Origin: Podarcis melisellensis
Taxonomy: Eukaryota
DNA: 64,000 bases
NCBI GenBank assembly: GCA_964234715.1
Contig: OZ174281.1
Strand: one strand, 5' to 3'
The translations under genes and the position numbers were made by a program. Below, in pieces: positions 26,372-36,907 of this stretch; position 1 is the stretch's first letter; the number at the start of each line of letters is the position of its first letter. The notes under the pieces are model-generated. The model had not been told where the DNA came from, made no database searches, and saw only the letters and a list, made by a program, of their open reading frames with translations.

Positions 26372-28792
26372 CTGTTCTCCATTATGTACTGCAGAATCAA
26401 AATTGTTCCTTACATTGCCCGTAAAAGGCACAGCAGGTTTCTCACTGCTAAGAATATTGTCTACCATCTGAACATTGGGTGTCAGGAAGGCAAACTCGTT
26501 CTTCCTGGTCTCAGAAGAAAGACACAGCTGGTAGGAATAGGGCAAAGTCCCATCTTCAAAGTTGGGTGGGAAGATGGCACCATTCTTGGAATGGGGAACA
26601 GGACCAAAGCACTGTAGGAACCTGGGATGCCCTGATTGACGGAGCTTCATTGTAACGGCCAGAATCACAGTCAAGAGGAACAAGAAGGAGATCACAGCTA
26701 AGGCCAGCACCAAGTAGAACTGCAGGTCAGATTGATACTCCGAGCTGTTGGCTTGGCTCTTCATTTCCGGAAGGGCCTCCTGAAAGTTCTCAGCAAACAC
26801 CAGGTTCAGAGTCATGGTGGCCGAGAGAGACGGCTGCCCGTTATCCTTCACCATAATGACCAGTCTCTGTTTCACAGCGTCTCTCTCCACAAAGGGCCTG
26901 GCGGTCCTGATCTCTCCAGTATGAGAACCAACCGTGAAGAGTGCCGGCTCAGTGGCCTGAGTCAGGTGGTAGGAGAGCCAGGCGTTGTGTCCAGAATCTG
27001 CATCCACGGCCACCACCTTGGTGACAAGATAATCTGCCTCGGCCGAACGAGGCACCATCTCAAACAAGGCTGAGCCCTTGGCTTCTTGTGAGGGGGACAG
27101 GATACGAGGGCTGTTATCATTCCTGTCAAGAACAAACACCCTGACGGTCACATTGCTGCTGAGAGGGGGAGAACCCCCATCTTGGGCTTTCACTTGCACC
27201 CGAAACTCTCTGAATTGTTCATAGTCAAAGGATCTCTGGGCATAGATGGTGCCGGTCTCAGAATTAATGGAGATATAGGAGGAGATGGGAAGCTCCTCGA
27301 TGTTGCTGTTGAGCATGGAGTATGTGATCCGTGAGTTCTGGTCCACGTCGGGATCAGAAGCTTTGATGGTGAAAATGGAGGCACCTGAAGGATTGTTTTC
27401 TGGCACGTAGAAGTTGTAGGATGGCTTCTGAAAGGAAGGGGCATTATCATTGATATCTGAGATCTGTAGAGAGATTGTTTTGTGTGTGGAAAGAGGCGGA
27501 GTTCCTTTGTCAGTGGCTGTGATTGTAATATTATATGCAGGAGCTATTTCTCTGTCCAAAGGACTGTCGGTCTGGAGCTTGAAGTAATTGTTAGATGAGG
27601 GAAGAACTTTGAAGGGTAAATCATCGTTTAAGTAGCAAGTAACCTTCCCATTATCTCCACTATCTCTGTCATTCACATTGATCAGTGCAATGATTGTTCC
27701 TGGCAGAGAATCTTCAGGAACAGGACTGAACATGGAGGCTAATGTCACATCCGGGGCATTATCATTCTCATCATGAACCCTTATCTCAATGTTAGAATGT
27801 GTCACCAATCCACCTCCATCTTTTGCAGCAACTGTCATAGTATATTCATCATCGTCCTCAAAATCCAGTTGCTCCAGAAGAGTGATTCTACCACTGAGGG
27901 GATCCAGCCTGAATTTCTGTTCAGCAGTGGCCGGTATGTTGCTAAAATGATACCTGATTTGGGCATTTGTACCTTCATCCTCATCAGAGGCTGCAACCTG
28001 GAGCACAAGTGACCCAACAGGAACATTTTCAGATAAGCTGAGCTTGTATACCTCTTGAGTGAAAACAGGTGGGTTGTCATTGGCATCTGTAACATTAATC
28101 CGTATCTGTGCTGTCCCAGTTTTCCTAGGCTCACCCCCATCCATAGCGGTAAGAACCAAGTGAAGGGTCTGTTCACGTTCTCGATCAAGAGGGTTCTGTA
28201 GCACCAGTTCTGCATATTTATTTCCATCTTTCCTTTCTCTAACTTCCAAAGAGAAATACTGATTGGAGCTCAGCTGGTAATCCTGGAGAGAGTTCATCCC
28301 AATGTCAGGATCTTCCGCTCTCCCAAGGAGAAAGCGGGCCCCAGGCAAGGTTTGTTCTCCTGTCTCCAAGTTGATGTTGCCATTGAGGAATTGGGGTGCA
28401 TTATCATTAACATCCTGGATTTCTACTAGTACATGAAAAATATTCAAAGGGTTTTCTACTACAACTTCAAAATTAACAAAGCAATTTGGATTTTTGCCAC
28501 ATATCCCCTCCCTATCAATCCTGTCATTTACACAGAGGTTTCCATTCTCTGCATTGATACTGAAATGCTGCATTTTAGCCACAGACACAGTGTGCAGATT
28601 GCGATGTTTTAGTTCTTTGGTGCTCAGTCCCAAGTCCTTGGCAAGGTTCCCCACAACGGAACCCTTTGCCATCTCCTCAGGGGTTGAATAATGAATCTGC
28701 TCTGATGCAGCCCAACAGGTAAAAGACAATAGAGAGAGAAGCAGTACTTGCCTTGTGAGTGCCCTGCCATTCCCTGTGTGCCTTCTCTCCAT
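26372..28792 (-). CDS. PCDHGB: Protocadherin gamma-B-type variable exon V5 (family A; V3/V7 chimera), 807 codons
   Basis: Six EC repeats and TM. Donor CAG|GTAAGG at 26372/26371. Confidence 0.93.
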
Positions 28793-29060
28793 CTGGCTGG
28801 TTCTCTCAAAAACAGGCTGCTTCCTTTTCTCAGTTTCTTATGCTTAAGCTCTCATAGTGAAGAAGGAAACATGGGTTATCACTGAGGAAGAATAAACTGC
28901 CTTATTCTTATATTTGTGCAAAGCAAAAGAGATTTTTCCTTCTCTGCAAGAGTTCCCTGTCTCTGTGCTCTTCAGTTGGTCTGATCTGAACAACAGTGAT
29001 GGGAGTTACTGCAGTCTAGGAAGCATCAATGGATCTCTATCCTCTCTCTGGCTCTCATAC

Positions 29061-29101
29061 TGGCCAACACTGACACTTAGAGGACCACTCAAGGAACTGC
29101 A
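29061..29101 (-). promoter_or_regulatory. V5 promoter CSE / CTCF site (CAGT variant)
   Basis: Identical to the V3 site. Confidence 0.8.
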
Positions 29102-29847
29102 TTTTGTTCTATGAAAATAGGCAGAAGTGAATAAAAGCAGATATTTCTCCAGCACATACTGTACCTTCCTTTCTGCTCACTGAGTGGAGCATTTGAGAAG
29201 GCTTTTCCTTGGTGTTCTTTCTTAGTGTACAGCTACCCTCATTTATGTTCGTGGCTTTTCAGTACAGTACTGTGAAAATTGGGGTCGTATCTAATACTGC
29301 AATTACATGAAGGTTATGCACAGCTTCATTTTTTATTGGAAATATGGAAACATTATTATTAATATATAAATATCCAGTTACATATTAAAACATTTTCTTA
29401 AAATTAATGTATTACGATAATAGTTATGCTGTAGTAGCACAAGAGCTGTAAGTCTAATGTATGTTTTTCTTAAATAGAATTAATATAAACACCCTACTGA
29501 AATTATTCTGTTTTATCTCTTCTATGTTGTTGGATGTCTGTTCATCAACATTTATGGAACACAGCACAAGTTCTTCTCAATGTTGGGTAGGAATTCCAAG
29601 AGTAACTTACTATTCCAAGAGTTCTCTCTCTGTCTGTTGAGGATAAGATAAGATGCAACACTTGTAGCTTCTGTCTAGACAGCACTAGGTGATAAAGGTG
29701 TGTTCGCTGGTATTGGTTCTACATCAGACTCTGCCCCCCTGCTGGTGCCACACAAATGTCCTTGCGTAGCAGTTGCTCCCCTGTGATCAAAGCAGGAACC
29801 CAGAACAAGTGCAGGACCAATGGCTGTAGTTGCTCTACCATGAGTAA

Positions 29848-30021
29848 AAAAAGGTAAAGGACCCCCGGATAGCTACGTTCAGTCAAAGGCGACTATGGGG
29901 TGGCGACGCTCATCTCTCTTTCAGGCCGAGGGAGTCAGCATTGGTCCACAGACAGCTTTCCAGGTCATGTGGCCAGCATGATTAAACCGCTTTTGGCACA
30001 ACGGAACACCTTGACGGAAGC
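29848..30021 (-). mobile_element. 5'-truncated Sauria SINE (duplicated copy)
   Basis: Paralog of 18291-18465 with the same flanks. Confidence 0.75.
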
Positions 30022-30700
30022 TAGGCATGATCCAACAGGATAAAATGTTTGTTGGCACTTTACACATGATTTCATATTATGATAATAGCATCATGAAGTT
30101 TTGGGAACTGAGAACAGTGAAGAGACAAGAGGTGTTAGAAGAAATCTATTGTGTCTAATTGAAAGAGTATATGATAGAGGTTTTATTAGAAAATAACTAA
30201 AGTAATTTACTTTCAGTTTGTACGCATTAAAGGTAATAGCTCCTCTTATTGCTCCATAGAACAGCCTACAGGACCATAAACCCAATCTACAGATGTGCAT
30301 GCTATTCAAATATTTTTGCCTGCCATATATCCCCTTGAAACTGGACCCCCATTGAACAGAATTGACATTTCCAAGTGATCACAACTAGTGTGCTGCCTAA
30401 TTTTCAACATGCTTCTAGTTTTTCATCTGCTAGTCTATCACACAGAAACACTGCACACAATTCTATTTCATAAAAACGTAAGAAGAGCCCTGCTGGATCA
30501 GGCCAGAGCTCTACTGAGTCCAGCATCCTTTCTCCCACTGTGGCCAACCAGATGCCCCTCAAAAGCTCTGCCCTTGGTCCACAGTCAGAGGTGTCTGCTA
30601 CTAGACATAATATAGACAACATGACAATCATTTTTTTCTAATCCCCCCTTAAAACCACCCAAGTAGGTGACCATCAATGCATCTTATTTGGTGTACTATA

Positions 30701-30804
30701 AATTTGACCAAACTGTGGGAGGCAGTGGAAGACAGGAGTGCCTGGCGTGCTCTGGTCCATGGGGTCATGACGAGTCAGACACAACTAAACAACTAAACAA
30801 CAAC
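30701..30804 (+). mobile_element. RTE/BovB-like LINE 3' end (duplicated copy)
   Basis: Identical to 19144-19247. Confidence 0.75.
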
Positions 30805-31361
30805 TAAAATGTGATGAAGCCACAGCAGTGTCATATACCATCAAAAAACAAACTTATACAACTGTTCCTTGAGATTCACACTAATTGTTTGCTGCCATAT
30901 CCATTTTCAATGATCTGTTGTTGCAATGAGTTGTCAACAAGGAATTCCATAGCTTAACTATGCATTTAAGTTGATCATAACAGGGCAAATAAACTGTGCT
31001 TTTTGTGAGTGAAAAAGTACACATCCTTACTTTTAATTGATGAGGGATGTATAAATAACTATATATTTATGGTGACATGCTAATACCCCACAGGAAGATT
31101 GGACACTCAGTGTATGCATGCTTACATTTCCTTTAATTCCAGAGATGAAGACTCACTCTGCCATTATTGTATGATTCAGAATTTATGCTACGTCTACCAT
31201 TGCAACTTAAAAGCTATGTGTAGGGAAAGTTCTTCACAATCAGAACAACGGCTGCTAACACTGTAATTTCATTTTCCTGACCCCTTTATATAGTAAAATG
31301 AAATAAAAATATTAGTTTTATTCTTATAAGGAGCAATGCTGTTTCTGAAAGCAAAGCTTAC

Positions 31362-33791
31362 CTGCTCACCAACCTCCTCTTTGGCACTGGCATCCCCACA
31401 GTTGCCATCCACAAGAACCACCTGAGAGCTATCATTGCATAGCAAGTTTTCTGACACCTGGATATGGGGTTTCGCGAAAGAGATCTGCTCTTTCCTCATC
31501 TCTGACGATAGGCAGAGTTGGTAGGAATAAGGTAAAGTTCCTTCTTCATAGTTTGGTGGAAATATGACCTGCGCCTTAGGAAAAGTATTAGGTTCGAAGC
31601 ATTGGAATAATTTGGGATTTCCTGATTGTCGAAGTTTCATGACAATGACCAATATCACCGTCAGGAGGAACAAAAATGAGATCAATGCCAAAGCCAGCAC
31701 CAAGTAAAACTGGAGGTCAGAATGATGCTCTGTGTCACTGGATTGCCTAGTCATTTCTGGAAGTGCCTCTTGGAAGTTCTCGGCAACCACGAGGTTGAGG
31801 ACCACAGTAGCTGAGAGTGGAGCCTTCCCATTGTCCTTCACCAGGATGACCAGCTTCTGTTTCACAGCATCTTTCTCCAGAAGGGCTCGTGACGTCCTGA
31901 TCTCTCCCGTGTGGGTCCCAATGGTGAAGAGGGCTGGCTCCGTGGCCTGAAGCACTTGGTAGGAGAGCCAGGCATTGTGCCCAGAGTCAGCGTCCACAGC
32001 CACCACTTTGGTCACTAGGTAGCCTGGCTCTGCTGAATGAGGAACCATCTCAAACAAGGCAGAGCCCTCAACACCCGGGACAGGATACAGAACGTGAGGG
32101 CTGTTATCGTTCTGATCCAAAATGTACACCCACACGGTGGCGTTGTTGCTGAGAGAGGGAGAGCCGCCATCTTGGGCCTTCACTTGGATCTTAAACTCCC
32201 TGAATTGCTCATAGTCAAAGGAGCGCTGTGCATAGATAGTTCCCGTCTCAGAGTTGATGGAGACGTAAGAGGAGAGAGGCAGCTCCTCCATGTTGCTGTT
32301 GAGGATGGAGTAAGTGATACGTGAGTTGCGGTCCAGATCCGGGTCTGAGGCTTTGATGGCAAAAATGGAGGCACCTGAGGGATTGTTTTCAGGCACAAAG
32401 ACACTGTAGGTTGATTTTTCAAAGGCAGGGGGGTTGTCATTGATATCTGAAATCTGCAGGGAGATGGTTTTGTTGGAGGAGAGAGGGGGACTACCTTTGT
32501 CGGTGGCTGTGATTGTGATGTTGTATCCTGAGGCTTTTTCTCTGTCCAAAGGACTGTCTGTGAGGATTTTATAGTAGTTCTTTGAAGTTGACACTATTTG
32601 AAATGGTACATTACCTTGTAGATGGCATGTAATTTTTCCATTTTCTCCAGAATCTTTATCCTTTACATTGATGAGAGCAATTAGTGTTCCAGAAGCAGAG
32701 TCTTCAAAAACTGGACTAGATAAGGAGGCCAGAATGATCTCTGGAGCATTGTCATTCTCATCTATAATCTTGATTTCAACATTACAGTGAGCCACTAAAC
32801 CTCCTTCATCTCTTGCTTCAACTGTCATAGTGTATTTTTCTTTTTCCTCAAAGTCAAGGGTCTCCTTAATTGTAATTGTTCCACTTTGTGGATCTAGTCT
32901 AAATTTCTCATAGACTTTTTCTGGGACTTTACTGAATGTGTAACTGATCTGACTATTTGAACCTTCATCTCTATCAGAGGCTTTCACTTGGAGTATGGAG
33001 GACCCCAGAGGGGAATTTTCCCTCAGGCTAACTGTATAAACCTCTTGAGTGAAGACTGGTGGGTTGTCATTGGCATCTGTGACGTTAATCCATATCTGGG
33101 CAGTCCCAGTTTTTCTTGGTTCACCCCCATCCAGGGCTGTAAGGATTAACTGAAGGGAGTGCTCGCTTTCCCGATCCAAAGGTTTCTGCAGCACCAATTC
33201 TGCATATTTATGGCCATCCAGACTATGCTTAATTTCTAATATAAAGAACTGATTTAGGCTTAACTGGTAATTCTGGAGAGAATTAATCCCAATATCAGGA
33301 TCTTCAGCTTTCCCAATATGAAATCTGGCACCCGGCAATGTGGATTCAATTACTTCTAGTCTAATATTGGATTCTAGGAATTGTGGGGCATTATCATTAA
33401 TGTCCTGAATTGCTACACTTACATGGAAAACATTCAATGGCTTTTCAATCATCGCTTCAAAATCAATAATGCAGTGTGTGCTCTCTCTACACATTCCCTC
33501 ACGATCTATCCTCTCATTCACATACAGGTTTCCATTTTCAGCATTGATAGTGAAATATGGCTTTTTACCTTCAGAAATGATATGCAGGTTTCTGCTCTTC
33601 AGGTCTCTGGCATTCAGTCCCAGATCCTTGGCAAGATTTCCCACCAAAGACCCCTTTGCCATCTCCTCAGGGATGGAATAATGAACCTCTTCCAAAACTG
33701 CTGCACAAAGCAAAGATGAAAATATCAGAAGGGTAATATGCCTTCCTGGTGTTTGAAAGCTCTCTCCATGAAGGATTCCTCTCATCTTCAT
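31362..33791 (-). CDS. PCDHGB: Protocadherin gamma-B-type variable exon V6 (family B), 810 codons
   Basis: ATG at 33791. Donor CAG|GTAAGC at 31362/31361. Confidence 0.92.
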
Positions 33792-34031
33792 TTTCCTCTT
33801 CTCTTTGATGAGCACAGGATTTCAGATTTCCACCAAGACAGGAGATTTTTTTGCCCAGTAAAAAAAGAACTGGATCCTTTGGATTAATTTGTATATGCTG
33901 CAGTGTTTTCTGTTTTCCAGCTGAAACGTTTGTTGCAGCGTCTGCTGGTATTCCCGATGTGCAGTTTGGGACAAAGAGATCTCTCTGCAGAAAGCATCAG
34001 TGGAACTTCAGCTGCCCTTGGGTTGCCGCCT

Positions 34032-34072
34032 TGTCCAACAGTGACACTGTGAGTCTGAAACTGAGAACTGCA
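34032..34072 (-). promoter_or_regulatory. V6 promoter CSE / CTCF site (CACT variant)
   Basis: TGCAG-N13-ACTCACAGTGTCACTGTTGGACA. Confidence 0.8.
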
Positions 34073-35342
34073 ATCTTTTCCCAGTGATTTTTCTCTCCTA
34101 ATTCATGACATTACATAGTCATTTTTAGGTAATGACTCAGACAATATTCTCATACAGGTTATATGAATATCCCTGTTAGAAAGTGTTATCTGTTCACCAT
34201 TCAAATAGGTTAAAAGAAATCAGCTTCAAATGAATATTTACAGCAAAGAAAAAGCAGTAATGAATTTATAGCACTATTTCCATTCCCTAATCTTAATCCA
34301 AGCAAATTAATGTATTTATACACTGCTTCTTTAGAAAACAAAATCAGAATAGCAGACTGCAGTATGAGAATGAATTTTTTTTATAATAAAAGACTTTTAA
34401 ACAGATTAGAAAAATATTGTATTGGGTATTTACAGGCATCTTAGACTGTGTGTGGAAAGCCTAAGGACGTGTCTGAAAATTGTGTTTATCTTTACATAAT
34501 TTCACTGAAAATAGTGCAACATCTTAAGTCCTATTTTGTCACCTTATGCCCACACGATTTCTGGTCTGTTTGTGTAGCTTCCTCCTTCAACAGTTGTACT
34601 GTGTCAGTATTTACCTTTGCCATTTTCCCCACCTGCCCATTTGTCCAGTTACGATAGACACTTCGCTGATTTCATTTAGTTTGTGGTGTGTGCTTTTGAC
34701 CTTACACAATACCCCAGCTACTTCACAATATCACAGTTATGTGTCATCCCCTCTATATATGCAAACAATATGGAGACCCCTATTTTGCTGGCGGGAGTGC
34801 GGGTGGGACAGGAGAACCAGAAAGCTACTCAGAAATCACTACGGTCCTTTCAGTATTTTAGGAAGCTGCATATCGTCTCCCGTTCTTAATGCAACTTCAT
34901 TTAATCAAGGAACAAAACTGCATAAATAAGCCCTGGGTGTTATATGCTGAACCTCAAATGTTCTGAGCTTTCCTTTCCATTTTTAAACTTCTTTTTCTAT
35001 GTTCATGTGGTAGCTGAGCACACTGCAATTATCAGTCATGGTCCTGTCCCCTAATTCCTTCCAGCAGCTAGCACCAACCCTGGCAAGAACACTCCTCCAT
35101 CCTCACATCTGGCCTTCTGGCCATGAGCCCAGCAGGGAGTTGGAGGGGGTGGTTCATTGCAGGCTTAAGTAACTCAAGAACCTGCTAAGATATCCCACAA
35201 TGCTATGATCAGAAATACAGTTATCCATCGATTCATGCATTCATGTCATGTAAGCAGCATAGCTAACATGTTGGTAGAGCAAACAAAACTGAGAACCAGG
35301 AATTCCATGGTATGAATTTTGCCTCTGACAGGAACTCACTTA

Positions 35343-35583
35343 CTGTATTTTTTGCTGTATAGGACGCACTTTTCCCCCTCCAAAAATGAAGGGGAAATGT
35401 GTGTGCATCCTATGGAACGAATGCAGGCTTTCGCTGAAGCCTGGAGAGCAAGAGGGGTCGGTGCGCACCAACTCCTCTCGCTCTCCAGGCTTCAGGAAGC
35501 TATCCGCAAGCCTTCGGAGCGCGGCAGGAGTTCCCGCCGGGCTCCCAAGGCTTGCGGATAGCAGCCTGCAGCCCAAATTATGG
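35343..35583. mobile_element. Non-autonomous Tc1/mariner-type MITE with two internal hairpins
   Basis: Inserted at a duplicated TA; empty site at 23775-76 in the paralog. CCGTATTTTT-like terminus, CpG-rich. Confidence 0.8.
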
Positions 35584-36907
35584 TATATAAGAATTATAAG
35601 ATAATGTGTCAAATCCAGTCTTCATCATACTTAGAGTAGCCCCACTTAAATAAATTTTACTTAAATTAGTCTTGCTTGACTAACTTGGTCCAAGGATACC
35701 TAATTCTGAATCTGACCCATTATATGCAATGCCCTTTGAAACTTAAAAATATTATATACACGGTAAGTATCGTTATTATTGTCTATATCATGAGGCAGAA
35801 ATACATAACGCAGGCAGTGCAATCTGGCCAGTAGCATTACTGAAAAAACTGACATGGAAATTGAAGACAGCAAGTGGCCAGGGGAAATATGATAACTTTT
35901 ATGCAGTCTTGGATGACTTTATAGATTATGCAAACAATGAGGCATGTGGCAGAATGGTGCCCTGGCCTACAGCACAGTTTGGTGTGCACAAAGCACATAT
36001 TTTATTTTATTTTTCCTCCTTCCTTCTTGTCTTTGTATAATCCCTGCAGACCAGCACTGCTGCTGATACAATATATATTTGTAGTTGTGGACAACAGTCA
36101 AAGAGATGGAGGTTATTACGTACCATTTTGTTTCTGTTGAGATTGAAATGATTTTAGAATATACACTTTAGCAAAGCTCTGTGGAGTATTTGAAGATAAC
36201 TCTCTGGCTGTATGTAGTTGTTTTATTTTTGTCTTAAATAAATTTTAAAAGTAAATAAATGCACAATGCATGTATTTAACAAACTATCCCACATTATATG
36301 TCCGCCTGTCTGTCTTTCAGACAGTTGTTTAGAAAGAGCTTTAATGCACTCATGCAGGAACACACATGCCTATTAATATGATTTTATGGAGAAGGAAATA
36401 AAGCATAATTTACAGACACCTCTCAAAAGTGTATGTCTTTAAAATCTATTGCTTAAAAAAAATTGCTAGTAATACTAATAACAGTGATAGTATTTTCTGC
36501 TATATAGCAAGGTCCCCTCCTTTGATTCTACAGCGGAAATTGCTGCACAGTAGCCCCCCAAAGCCGAGTAATGTGAAAAACAAAGTTCTTTCCCTCACTT
36601 TATTTAATTTATTGAAAGTAGTTGAAGGTCAACTGCTCAAACTGCTAGTTGTTCAAATGACAACAAGATAAGTTCTACCAGATGGTTTCAAGGGCATGGC
36701 TCGAAGCTGCAATGTTTAGCTTCCCCATGGAGTGAAAAGGACACATCCTGATTCATGAAAGCCAAATGATGTAAGAGCCAAACTATTCATTTATATGATG
36801 AAAAACAAAAAGGCAGTCACATCAGCTGGGTAAAAAGCACTGTGACAATGTCACTAATGGCAAAGAATGATGGATAATGGCATTTAATTTCAGAAAACAA
36901 ACCTTAC

